Below are positions 26,795 to 35,865 of a stretch of 44,820 nucleotides of DNA, in pieces. Made by a program: the position numbers and the translations under genes. The DNA comes from Escherichia phage SM_S22. The notes under the pieces are model-generated. The model made no database searches. It was not told the origin of the DNA and saw only the letters and a program-made list of their open reading frames with translations. The first letter of the stretch is position 1. The number at the start of each line of letters is the position of its first letter. Where the stretch lies: the sequence record PP627283.1; one strand, given 5' to 3'.

Positions 26795-27486
26795 TTTAAA
26801 TTTTCCTCGTTAACCGCTATCGCGAAGCCGCGCGGGGTGAGTGAGCGGATTAATTTTGTACGAGCGGATTTACCACCGAGGCGACTATACTGTTTCGAGT
26901 ACCCTTTTTCAACGAAAACAGGTTTCTTCCCGGGCATACGGAAGCCGTTGCCGGTCCATAAGCAGGTCAGCTTCGGGTATGAATCGCGGGCGTTGATGTA
27001 TTCCGGGAAGAGTGGGTGTACGTCATCCTCCGGCAGATATCCCCCATACTCCCACGGGTCAAACGAGTGGTCCGGCTTACGCCATTGAGTGGCGAGCACG
27101 CTGCGCGGATTCTCAATCATATATGGCACTTCGAAGAAGTCACCCAGGTAAGCTGCGATCTTCGCGGTGCGCACCGCCTTAAGCTGGAAGGCCGGGTCGC
27201 GGGCGCGTTTGCGCGGGAAAGCTGGCGCACCGCTCACCGCCAGATCAGTACACGGCGGGAATGCGTAGATTATGTCCGGCGTACCGAAATCGCCATTCAT
27301 CGCGCGGTCTACAAAGTCCAGATCAATAAACTCATTGCGATATCGGATCCCGCGCCCATAAATCCGGTAATCAAGGTATGACCCGTGATCGGCTTCGGAG
27401 TAGTTGAAGCAATAACACTTATGCCCCATCTCGGCAGCACGCTCAATCATCAAGCCGCTGCCGTCAAATAATGACCAGATAATCAT
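26791..27486 (-). CDS. short C5-cytosine methyltransferase-like protein (catalytic core only)
   Basis: 231 aa; motif I FDGSG, motif IV FPPCTDLAVSG, motif VI ENP, motif VIII-like QWRK; no room for a target-recognition domain. Confidence 0.5.
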   Translation of the reverse strand: MIIWSLFDGSGLMIERAAEMGHKCYCFNYSEADHGSYLDYRIYGRGIRYRNEFIDLDFVDRAMNGDFGTPDIIYAFPPCTDLAVSGAPAFPRKRARDPAFQLKAVRTAKIAAYLGDFFEVPYMIENPRSVLATQWRKPDHSFDPWEYGGYLPEDDVHPLFPEYINARDSYPKLTCLWTGNGFRMPGKKPVFVEKGYSKQYSRLGGKSARTKLIRSLTPRGFAIAVNEENLK

Positions 27487-28907
27487 TTGCGCGCCTTTTT
27501 AGCTTTCATGTATTCCATCAAGTCGTCCTGAATATCCCGCTTGCTGTCGCGACGTTCGGCGACCAGTTCATCCAGTGTGCCGCGCGCCTGGATAATGTAG
27601 ACGAATACTGGACGAGGGTGCCCAGCTTGCATCTGGCGGACAGGCCCGATACGCTCCACGATCTGCGCAAAGTGCTCATAGTTCCAGGTATCGGAGAAGA
27701 TTGCCAGGTGATGTCCGCCGTCCTGCAAGTTAAGGCCGTGACCCGCCGATGCCGGGTGCGCAAACATGATGGGTATCTCGCCTCTGTTCCACGCCTCCAT
27801 ATCCTTATTCCCTTGCTTACCTTTACCCAACGCAACGCCGTGCGGAAATTTCTTCTTAAGACGTGCCAGGTCATGCTTATACTGATACGCAACGAGCAAC
27901 GGCGCGCCGTTCAACTCCTCCACGATACTTTCCAGCGCGTCCAGCTTCGCGTCGTGAATCTTCACCCACTCGTCGGTCCGTTCGCCGTCTTCGTCCACCT
28001 TATACACGGCCCCGGACGCAAGCTGAAGGCACTTAATTGTCTTCGATGCCGCGTTCGCCGCCTCCACTGTTCCGCTTTCCAGTTCGGCAAATAGCTCACT
28101 TTCAAACTGGTCGTAAATCTTGCGGGCTTTTTTCGGCAGGTCCACAACAACCGGCGTATAGATTGGCTTGTCACACCCGAAGTATTCAGCCGCATCAACG
28201 GTGAGCGACACGTCGGACAGGCGTTGTTGTATTTCTTTCTCGGAGTTCTTAAGCGGGGCGTGCTGCATCGTGAAGCTGCCAGGCTTAACAGGCTTGCTAA
28301 TAAACCAGCGGTCCGTGAACGCCTTATAGCTACTGCCGAGACGTTCGCCGCCGTCGACAAACCACGTCTGTCCCCACAGGTCTTTCAGCCCGTTTGGTGC
28401 GGGTGTGCCGGTAAGGTTAATCCAGCGCTTGACGTGCTTATGTGCAATCGCTGCCAGTGCGCGGGCGCGCTTGCTCCCCTGCTTGCTACGATATCCTTTC
28501 AGCTTAGTCGATTCATCGGCAACAACGACCGTAAAGGGCCACGCATCGCCGTAATAGTCGACCAGCCACTCAACAACATCGTAGTTAACACAAACCACGT
28601 TAGCGTCGCTCTCCAGCGCCGCAATACGGTCCTTCTCCGGCCCGGTGCCGTCTACGACCAGCAGGGATGAGAACCGCCATTTCTCCTGTTCCGGGGGCCA
28701 GGTGCCGGATGCAACGCGCAGCGGGGCCAGCACCAGTACGCGGTCCTCCTGGTTCGACAGGATGCCAGTCTGGAACATTTTATTCAGCGCCCACATTGTC
28801 GCGCCGGTTTTACCGGATCCCATTGTCGCCCATATATTACATCGCTTATGCTTGAGGATGAACGCGGTTATCAACTTCTGATATTCGCGGCGTCGGAATC
28901 TTTCCAT
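27483..28907 (-). CDS. SNF2/DEAD-like superfamily II helicase
   Basis: About 474 aa from ATG 28907; motif I GSGKTG, motif II VVADESTKL, C-terminal helicase motifs. Confidence 0.7.
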   Translation of the reverse strand: MERFRRREYQKLITAFILKHKRCNIWATMGSGKTGATMWALNKMFQTGILSNQEDRVLVLAPLRVASGTWPPEQEKWRFSSLLVVDGTGPEKDRIAALESDANVVCVNYDVVEWLVDYYGDAWPFTVVVADESTKLKGYRSKQGSKRARALAAIAHKHVKRWINLTGTPAPNGLKDLWGQTWFVDGGERLGSSYKAFTDRWFISKPVKPGSFTMQHAPLKNSEKEIQQRLSDVSLTVDAAEYFGCDKPIYTPVVVDLPKKARKIYDQFESELFAELESGTVEAANAASKTIKCLQLASGAVYKVDEDGERTDEWVKIHDAKLDALESIVEELNGAPLLVAYQYKHDLARLKKKFPHGVALGKGKQGNKDMEAWNRGEIPIMFAHPASAGHGLNLQDGGHHLAIFSDTWNYEHFAQIVERIGPVRQMQAGHPRPVFVYIIQARGTLDELVAERRDSKRDIQDDLMEYMKAKKARK

Positions 28908-28911
28908 GTCT

Positions 28912-29130
28912 TTATTCCGCCTTTTTCCAGACTTCGGTTTCACTGTTCCAGTTCCTTTTTGTAGCGTCGTAGTTGGTGGCGTGTCCGATGTGCACACCGG
29001 TAGCCCGGAAGCTCTTAAATTTTTGCCAGCACACCGTCAACGGCAGCGGATCATTCATGCCCGCGATAAACCATACGCGATCTCCCGGTTTACATTCGCC
29101 CAGCTTGGTGAGTCGGTAATGTTCTTTCAT
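28912..29130 (-). CDS. hypothetical protein
   Basis: About 72 aa; GGGAGA RBS; preceded by terminator-like hairpin 29150-29166. Confidence 0.3.
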   Translation of the reverse strand: MKEHYRLTKLGECKPGDRVWFIAGMNDPLPLTVCWQKFKSFRATGVHIGHATNYDATKRNWNSETEVWKKAE

Positions 29131-29173
29131 CGTCATGTCTCCCAAAAATGGCGGGACAAGCCCGCCGTATTAA

Positions 29174-29347
29174 TTATTTTTGTTCTGCACGGTAGCGGCG
29201 CTGCCGTTCGCGCTCTTTCTTATTGCGGCACGATTTGCACTCTGCCCGATACCCGTCTGGACTGCGCGCAGTCTTACCGGTGTATTTGTGGAACTGGGAT
29301 AGCGGCTTTACACAGCCGCAATTACTACAACGTTTTTCTTCAATCAT
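29174..29347 (-). CDS. small zinc-ribbon protein
   Basis: About 58 aa from internal ATG (RBS GAGGA); CSNCGC...CKSC. Confidence 0.3.
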   Translation of the reverse strand: MIEEKRCSNCGCVKPLSQFHKYTGKTARSPDGYRAECKSCRNKKERERQRRYRAEQK

Positions 29348-29387
29348 CTCTAAAATCCTCGATATGGCTAACCGGCACACTATACCG

Positions 29388-29666
29388 CTATGCGACCAAT
29401 TCAGCAACCAATAAATCGCAGTCGGATATGTTGTCGATAACGCGAACGTCAGCACCGCGGCGGGCCATTCGCTCATGTTCACGTACCTGGTGCGGCTTCG
29501 GTTTTCCTCCGGGGCGCTTCACTTCGACGAACACTATTTTGCCGTTGATGATAATAATCAGGTCGGGCGCACCCGCGCGCCCCTCCCATGCCAGTTTTCG
29601 GCAGAATCCTCCGACCTCTTTCACCCGTTTCATCAGGTGACGCTGCACCTTGCCTTCTGGTGTCAT
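29388..29666 (-). CDS. VRR-NUC domain nuclease
   Basis: About 92 aa; APDLIIIINGKIVFVEVKRPGGKPKPHQ. Confidence 0.55.
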   Translation of the reverse strand: MTPEGKVQRHLMKRVKEVGGFCRKLAWEGRAGAPDLIIIINGKIVFVEVKRPGGKPKPHQVREHERMARRGADVRVIDNISDCDLLVAELVA

Positions 29667-30265
29667 TGTCGGCTTTTCCTTACGGCAGCGATGGCCGGTC
29701 CGATAAACTTCTTCATTTCGTCCGGGGTAAACCGGTCCCCGCGGGCTATGTTGCACTCTACGCAGCACGGCACGCAGTTATCTTTCGTATGACCTACCGT
29801 GTTGTCGAGTCGGTCCGCGCCATTGTCCCCGGAGAACCCGCAGTATGCGCACGGCTGAGAAGTAAGGCGCAGCACGTCCTCTGTAGTAAGGTCGGTGTTT
29901 ATCCCCTTCCTTTCGTCTGCCTTACGGTACTGAAAGAGTTTATAGTAAGCGCGGATCTCTGGTGTCCGGTGGTTGTACTCACGGCGTGACTTATTAGCGC
30001 ACGATCGGCATTCTTTACGGATATGTGACCCGTTTGCCTGGCTTCCGGGCCGGAAGTTTTCCGGCGTGAGCGGCTTGCGCTCTCCGCACGTACGACATGT
30101 TACGATCTCCCCGGTGTACTCTCGCCATACTTCTCTCGGCGGCGCGCCTCTTTCCTTATCACGTCTCTCTTTCTTATATGCCGCCATGCATTTGGCGCAC
30201 CACGACTGGCCCTTGTTGAAAGCGGACTCATCTTTACCCGTATTACAACGCCCACAATGTTTCAT
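29663..30265 (-). CDS. HNH endonuclease with N-terminal zinc fingers
   Basis: Several CxxC pairs; C-terminal HNH core CAYCGF...DNTVGHTKDNCVPCCVECN. Confidence 0.6.
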   Translation of the reverse strand: MKHCGRCNTGKDESAFNKGQSWCAKCMAAYKKERRDKERGAPPREVWREYTGEIVTCRTCGERKPLTPENFRPGSQANGSHIRKECRSCANKSRREYNHRTPEIRAYYKLFQYRKADERKGINTDLTTEDVLRLTSQPCAYCGFSGDNGADRLDNTVGHTKDNCVPCCVECNIARGDRFTPDEMKKFIGPAIAAVRKSRQ

Positions 30266-30331
30266 ATACACCTCGAAAAAGAAAACGCCAGACAATAATG
30301 CCCAGCGTTTCCGCTAAAAGCAACATTTCCG

Positions 30332-32623
30332 CTACTTGCGGTAGCGATACATGCAATCGCCCTCTGCGGCAAGTGGGAAGCCTTTCGCCCAAACAGGCAG
30401 GTCGCACATCAGCGCGCAAAGCTCCTCGGTCGTGTAGTCGTCGGTGTCCGGCACTTCTGTGATCAATTCGTCGTGTACGGACAGGACGATTTCATACCCA
30501 GCGGCTTCAACGCCGGGCATGGACCATGCGAGAATATCGCGGCACAACGCCTGTACGATGTTCTCCGTCAGTTTGCCGCCGTAGGTATACTGGAATCCCC
30601 ACTGGCGCGTCGTCTGATTCTCGCCCTGATATTTAATGCGTGTGCTGGTGCGCTTCTTGCCGGTGTCTTCGTCAATCTCGGTAGTGACAGACAGCGCGAT
30701 GCCGGGGTAGCTCATGATGCGCCCCGACGGCAACTCAATTTTCAACCACCACCCAGCGGCGTTCGGGTCGTCGCGCTCCTCGTCAAAGGTTGGGTCGTGC
30801 TTCGCCTTCGTACGGACAATCTTGAGCGCTTTTCTACCGTCCGGGCGAACGTTCGCACCAGCCCAGTATGCTTTGCCCGGATTGCGGATTGCACACAACA
30901 CCGCGTCCTCAAGCTCGGCCCAAAAGGCTACCGTCTTCGGGTGAGCCTCACGCCACATACGTTTGATCGCGTCGCACGTCAGCCATACGTTTTTCGGCAG
31001 TATGTAAGTCGGGCGCTCGTCCTTCTTGCCCGGCTTCGGTGGGCGTTTCGCTTCGTTAATGCGGGCGTACTCATAACCGCGTTTCGCCGCGGCCCAAATG
31101 TGGTCCGGGAACGTGCCTTTCATCACGTCCGCCATAGTGTAAAGGTCGAGGCCCAGGTTTTTAGCGAACTGCAAGAACGCCGCGACGCCGCCTCCATAGC
31201 CCAGTCCCAATTCGCACGCCTTACCGATCTGGCGCAAGTCTTTGCGGTTGGCTTTAATGTAGTCCGGGTCCAGGCCGAACATCTTACCGGCAGTCTCGCA
31301 ATAAATATCGCGACCAGCCCTAAATACCATTAGCGCGGTTTTCTCGCCCGCGATCCAGGCGAGGCCGCGCCCTTCCACGTTGGAGTAGTCAGCGACGACA
31401 AACTTCTTACCCTTCGCCGGAATAATGCACCCGCGAACAGTCGAGGCGGTCAGCTTCGATATGTCATACGCCCAGTGTGCGGTCCCGCGTAACAGGGAGT
31501 TGATGCCGTTGGTGAGCATGTGCGACCGGACCCAAAACGCGACGTCGCTCTCGCCTTCGCGGCGCTTAATCTTCCCTTCGTGGTCGTCGCTATACTCGCC
31601 GCGTGCCAGGTTTTGCGGCTGGAAGCCCTTACCGGCCCAGCGTAGCGTGCGCTTTGCCCCACCATACTGAAGACAACCACGGCGGCGACCATCGGCAGAC
31701 AGCCCATTTACGAGCGGATTGTATTTAGTCGATGCCGTTGATGACGCGCCGAGGCGCATTTCGATAAGCGCTTTGCCTTCGTCGGGGAAGTCCGGGTCTT
31801 CAAGCAGGTCGTTAAGTGTGGATTTCTGCGCGTTGTGGATCGTGAACGCTGGGGCGATATCACGCAGGATTGGCAGGAAGTCATTGCCGGTCAGCTTACC
31901 GCCAAATCGCTCCCAGGCTTCTTCCTTCAATTCCTCTTTATGCGCCTGCACCGCTTTGATCGCGGCGTTCGCCAGGTCAACGTCCACATAGAAGCCGCGG
32001 TCGTTAATCAACTGGTCGATAAGCAGGATTTCATCTTCCTTCGGAGTATTACCCCAGTCCGGTATGCGCCAGTAGACTTCACGCATTGCGATAATATCCA
32101 GCGCGGCATAGCGCAAAAATTTGGCCCATTCTTCAGGGTGAGTCTCGCGAGTGTAGCGGCGTATTTTGTAGGTCTTAGGGGTAGGCTTACAGAATCGTTT
32201 GATCAGCGCCTTGCCTGCCTTATCCTTCGCGTGCTCTGCGTCAACGCCCAGCACCTGGCACTGCATATCGAGGCTACCGGGCAGCGCGTGGCGAAAGGCC
32301 ATAATCATGGTGTCTTCGATCTGGCTTACCGGCAGGTCAATATCCCACTTCTCACGGATAACCAGGCGGTCAAACAGGAGGCCGTTAGCCATCACTATTT
32401 TTGCTTTCTTGCGGGATACCCGGCGGAGCGCCTTGCGCAGTTCACGCGGCATTGTGGGGGATTCAGTGCAATCCCATGTCTGCACGCGGCCCTCGTCGAT
32501 GGCGTATGTGCAAATCATAATCTCGGTGGTTGGGTGCTCTGCGTAGGCGTACGCCCCAACTTTCTTCAGGTCCACCCCGCTAAATGTCTCGGTGTCGAGA
32601 AACAGGCGTTCGAAGTCTTTCAT
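30332..32623 (-). CDS. DNA polymerase, family A, with 3'-5' exonuclease domain
   Basis: 763 aa; exo motifs LFLDTETF and YAALDI; pol motif A VVADYSNVEGR, motif B RQIGKACELGLGYGGG, motif C SVHDEL. Confidence 0.85.
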   Translation of the reverse strand: MKDFERLFLDTETFSGVDLKKVGAYAYAEHPTTEIMICTYAIDEGRVQTWDCTESPTMPRELRKALRRVSRKKAKIVMANGLLFDRLVIREKWDIDLPVSQIEDTMIMAFRHALPGSLDMQCQVLGVDAEHAKDKAGKALIKRFCKPTPKTYKIRRYTRETHPEEWAKFLRYAALDIIAMREVYWRIPDWGNTPKEDEILLIDQLINDRGFYVDVDLANAAIKAVQAHKEELKEEAWERFGGKLTGNDFLPILRDIAPAFTIHNAQKSTLNDLLEDPDFPDEGKALIEMRLGASSTASTKYNPLVNGLSADGRRRGCLQYGGAKRTLRWAGKGFQPQNLARGEYSDDHEGKIKRREGESDVAFWVRSHMLTNGINSLLRGTAHWAYDISKLTASTVRGCIIPAKGKKFVVADYSNVEGRGLAWIAGEKTALMVFRAGRDIYCETAGKMFGLDPDYIKANRKDLRQIGKACELGLGYGGGVAAFLQFAKNLGLDLYTMADVMKGTFPDHIWAAAKRGYEYARINEAKRPPKPGKKDERPTYILPKNVWLTCDAIKRMWREAHPKTVAFWAELEDAVLCAIRNPGKAYWAGANVRPDGRKALKIVRTKAKHDPTFDEERDDPNAAGWWLKIELPSGRIMSYPGIALSVTTEIDEDTGKKRTSTRIKYQGENQTTRQWGFQYTYGGKLTENIVQALCRDILAWSMPGVEAAGYEIVLSVHDELITEVPDTDDYTTEELCALMCDLPVWAKGFPLAAEGDCMYRYRK

Positions 32624-32790
32624 TGCTTTATCCTCACTACGGCGTCAGCGCTGCCGATCATGGAGAAGATACCGTCGGAAAGGGCGATTTCTTCGCCGTT
32701 GTTGCGAATCTCGGCAACTGTGAAATATTCTCCCAGTAGCTTGGACCATACTTGCATTCCGACTTTTACTTCGCTGGCTTTAATACGCAT
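32620..32790 (-). CDS. small hypothetical protein (56 aa)
   Basis: Stop overlaps polymerase ATG (ATGA); below ORF-track cutoff. Confidence 0.25.
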   Translation of the reverse strand: MRIKASEVKVGMQVWSKLLGEYFTVAEIRNNGEEIALSDGIFSMIGSADAVVRIKQ

Positions 32791-32805
32791 TTTTCATTGT
32801 CCTAT

Positions 32806-32829
32806 TAAAAAGCCCGCATTAAGCGGGCT
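32806..32829 (-). terminator. intrinsic terminator (minus strand)
   Basis: AAGCCCGC-loop-GCGGGCTT with T-run on the minus strand. Confidence 0.45.
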
Positions 32830-32848
32830 TGAATAATGGGCTTTGCCC

Positions 32849-33628
32849 TTAACGGCGGCGACGTTTGCGCGGTGCTTCGTCTTCGTCGTCTTCGTCCTCA
32901 TCTTCGTCATCGCGGGACTTGCGACGTTTGCGAGGTTTTTCATCTTCCTCATCGTCGTCGTCATCGCGGCGCTTGGATTTCTTGGACTTGCGCGGCTTGT
33001 CATCCTCGTCATCATCACGACGTTTTGACTTCTTAGCCTTACGCGGGCTTTCGTCTTCGTCGTCGTTGTCCAGGTCTTCGTCGGAACAAGAAGACCCGCC
33101 ACCTCCGAAGGCTTCGCCGTCTTCACGGAAGCGTAAACCCAGCAAGCCAGCACCGAGTCCCTTGCCGTTGGTGTTGTTCCACGCCCAAATATCCAGTGAC
33201 ACGTTGCAATAACAACCGGAATAGATTTCCTGGCCTTCGATCTCGTCGCCGTCGATAGTCAGACCCTGCTCGGTCTGCTTCTCGCCCAGTGACGTTTGAA
33301 TGTTTGGCTGCTTGAACGATTTGGCGTTGATGTACAACATGCCTTCGAATTCTTCGGTTACTTCGTCGCGCTCGTCACCGTCGCGAACTGCGCATTCCTT
33401 AGAATCCTGGGCGTAGTGGCGGTCCATCCACTTATCGGCATTCTTCTCGGATTTCAGCTTATCGGTGAGCACTGCGCGCGCTGCCGCTTCCACTTTGTCC
33501 ACCTGCGGATCTTCTTTATCCAGAAGAATCACGGCACGGTATGCCGGTTTTTGTCCATCCTGTTTAGGGGTATCACGTTCCCAAATTTTCAGGAAACATA
33601 CGCGCACATTTTTCAGGTTGACTTTAGC
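32849..33628 (-). CDS. ssDNA-binding protein (DUF2815-like) with charged repetitive C-terminal tail
   Basis: About 259 aa from MAKVNLKNVRV (RBS GAGGAA); C-terminus has three tandem ~17-aa D/E-block plus K/R-block repeats. Confidence 0.45.
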   Translation of the reverse strand, partial: AKVNLKNVRVCFLKIWERDTPKQDGQKPAYRAVILLDKEDPQVDKVEAAARAVLTDKLKSEKNADKWMDRHYAQDSKECAVRDGDERDEVTEEFEGMLYINAKSFKQPNIQTSLGEKQTEQGLTIDGDEIEGQEIYSGCYCNVSLDIWAWNNTNGKGLGAGLLGLRFREDGEAFGGGGSSCSDEDLDNDDEDESPRKAKKSKRRDDDEDDKPRKSKKSKRRDDDDDEEDEKPRKRRKSRDDEDEDEDDEDEAPRKRRRR

Positions 33629-33721
33629 CATTTTCCAATTCCTCATTTTCACATGTATCGGGGTTATTGGAAGCCACCCCGTTCGGCTTGGTTGCTAATC
33701 TACTTGGTTGCGCTTAAGCGG

Positions 33722-33964
33722 TCAAGCATTTTCATTAAAAAGATTTCTGGTCACGTAGTTGGTGGCGTTCTCGATCCAGCTTAGCGGCGGTCGGTCGATG
33801 TTCTTCTCCACCCACCCGACGGCAGCGTCACTATACCCGTCATCCAGCCAGCGAGTCGGGTGGCGAAACATCCACGCCACCATTAACACGCCTTGCACGC
33901 AATGCAGGATAAAGCCCAGCGCGCCGAGCAAAAACATCAATAAGATTGCAAATACTTTATTCAT
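33722..33964 (-). CDS. small membrane protein
   Basis: 80 aa; hydrophobic N-terminal segments. Confidence 0.35.
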   Translation of the reverse strand: MNKVFAILLMFLLGALGFILHCVQGVLMVAWMFRHPTRWLDDGYSDAAVGWVEKNIDRPPLSWIENATNYVTRNLFNENA

Positions 33965-35387
33965 TGCTTAAGTCCTCGTCAGTGGCCTCTGACCACGCAG
34001 GGCGCGGGTCGTCGATTGGTGCTAATACCGGCTTTGCCGGTGCGCGCGTGATTTTATCACACAGCTTCGCCCATACTTTCGGTTTTTCGTCCTTCAGTAC
34101 CTTCTCGGCATCCGTAGGGCTGAGCAATGTTTCTTTGTACATCACATCGCGCTTGATCCGGGCCTTCGTGAAGATTTCAATAACTTCGCTCTCGTCCGCC
34201 CACTTACGGATCCCTTCCTTACCGGCAACCATCTTGAGGCCCAGCGATTCGCCATCGCCCGCCATTACCGCTTTGAATACCGCGGACTCGATAGCCTTGA
34301 TGTGCTGGCGCATTGCGTCAAGACCTTCATATGCCTTGCGCAGTTCCGCGGCGGTCATAGCGCCTGGGGCCGCTTCTTTCTTGCCACGCTTCGCACGTCG
34401 TGCCGCTTTGCGGGCTTCGCGGGCCATATTGCGGTCGTGATTGGCGCATTCTTCCTCTGTCGCAATACTTACGTCGTCGCCCAGGTCTTCGTCTGTTGCC
34501 GTTGGTGGGGTCATCGTGTCGATTGCAGCCTTAGCGCGGGCGCTACACTGATCCGCAAATCTGCACCACTGACACGCATCAACGCTCGGTCGGAAGTCGG
34601 CACGGGTGAGTCCCTTTTTGCCGCGGTCGTACGCTTCCAGGGCGGCGATAGCACGCTTGGACGCAAACTTCGCGAATATCTCCAGGGCTTCTACCGAAAT
34701 ATCCCACTCCGACGCCCCGCCGCAATACGGCTGGAAGATAACCAGGCGCACGGTCGTGATGTCGTACATGGATTGCAGCTTGCGCAGCAGGCCGAGCGCA
34801 TACAGCATAAGCTGTTTGTTTTCTTTCGCTTCTACCTTATGCCGCCCCGTCTTCAGGTCGCCAACAATCAGCATGTACGTGCCGTCGGTCTTCTTCATGA
34901 CCATGACCATATCCGCAGTGCCGAACGTCTTAACCCGGTTGCCGTCGATCTCGAAGCCAGAGTGTAGGACGCGGGTGAGATCGGCGCGCATCTCAAGCTG
35001 AACAAACTCCGCCACTTCGAGGAGCGGTCGCCAGTGGTCTATGTATGCGTCGCACTGTTTCACCATGTCGTCGTTTACCAGTACGCCGCCTTTCGGCGCT
35101 TTCGGGTGTGCCTTTACCGGTCCCTTGCCTTCGTTCTCGACGTAACACCCTTTATACGTCTTTGCGGTTATCAGCTTTTCACCGGCGATAATGCGGTTTA
35201 GCACGACTTCAGATACGGTGTGCATACTCGTACCGTTAATCGCGGCTTGCCCGGATTCGTTTGGGATGTCTTTTTCCACCACCAGGGCGGCAGGGCAACC
35301 CATCCATTTTTTAGCACCGGATGGCCCGAGTAATGAGTGTTCCGTATTGCTACCGGATTGCGTTTTACGTTTTGGTTTAATCGCCAT
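33957..35387 (-). CDS. PD-(D/E)XK nuclease, Cas4-like (DUF2800-like)
   Basis: 476 aa; Cys cluster CQWCRFADQC near C-terminal third; adjacent to DUF2815-like and PolA genes. Confidence 0.5.
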   Translation of the reverse strand: MAIKPKRKTQSGSNTEHSLLGPSGAKKWMGCPAALVVEKDIPNESGQAAINGTSMHTVSEVVLNRIIAGEKLITAKTYKGCYVENEGKGPVKAHPKAPKGGVLVNDDMVKQCDAYIDHWRPLLEVAEFVQLEMRADLTRVLHSGFEIDGNRVKTFGTADMVMVMKKTDGTYMLIVGDLKTGRHKVEAKENKQLMLYALGLLRKLQSMYDITTVRLVIFQPYCGGASEWDISVEALEIFAKFASKRAIAALEAYDRGKKGLTRADFRPSVDACQWCRFADQCSARAKAAIDTMTPPTATDEDLGDDVSIATEEECANHDRNMAREARKAARRAKRGKKEAAPGAMTAAELRKAYEGLDAMRQHIKAIESAVFKAVMAGDGESLGLKMVAGKEGIRKWADESEVIEIFTKARIKRDVMYKETLLSPTDAEKVLKDEKPKVWAKLCDKITRAPAKPVLAPIDDPRPAWSEATDEDLSNE

Positions 35388-35566
35388 TATTCCACCCGTG
35401 TAAACTGGACAATTACATATTTCACATTTGCCAGGCCCGCTTTTTCGACTCGGCGCTTAACTTCATTTTGCGCGTCCACAAAGCAATTGCTTGCGTTGGT
35501 GTTTTCAACAATAAAAGAAGTGTGATCGTTTAATTCGTGGCATGTTGCCAGCACGAAGAATTTCAT
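35387..35566 (-). CDS. small hypothetical protein (59 aa)
   Basis: TAATG coupling at both ends; below ORF-track cutoff. Confidence 0.3.
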   Translation of the reverse strand: MKFFVLATCHELNDHTSFIVENTNASNCFVDAQNEVKRRVEKAGLANVKYVIVQFTRVE

Positions 35567-35817
35567 TATTTTGTCTCCCAGCGGTCAATCGTTCTTGCTT
35601 CGGATGCAACTGCAAAGCGAACATATTCCAGATTGGAATCCGCCCAAATATAAAAGTCGGGGTTAGTAAAGGTGGTGCGCTTAATTTGCGCGGGGGTATT
35701 GCGGCGTTTGTCTATTACGGCAACGCGTGACTGAAAATTGCCGATGCGTTCGAATAGCCAATAATAAGGGCGCTGGTCGCGGGAGTCCACCGCCTCGATT
35801 AGCGTGAAGCGTGCCAT
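35566..35817 (-). CDS. hypothetical protein
   Basis: 83 aa. Confidence 0.35.
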   Translation of the reverse strand: MARFTLIEAVDSRDQRPYYWLFERIGNFQSRVAVIDKRRNTPAQIKRTTFTNPDFYIWADSNLEYVRFAVASEARTIDRWETK

Positions 35818-35865
35818 TGTCTCGTCCTCTAAAAAGAGGCCCGCAGATTAGCGGGCCGGAATATA

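Noticed and set aside
26471-27486. Interpretation of 26791-27486 plus 26471-26794 as a two-subunit C5-methyltransferase like M.AquI
   Set aside because: The 107-aa protein shows an HNH_3/AP2-like pattern rather than recognisable methyltransferase motifs IX and X; kept only as a hypothesis to test, not as a feature call.
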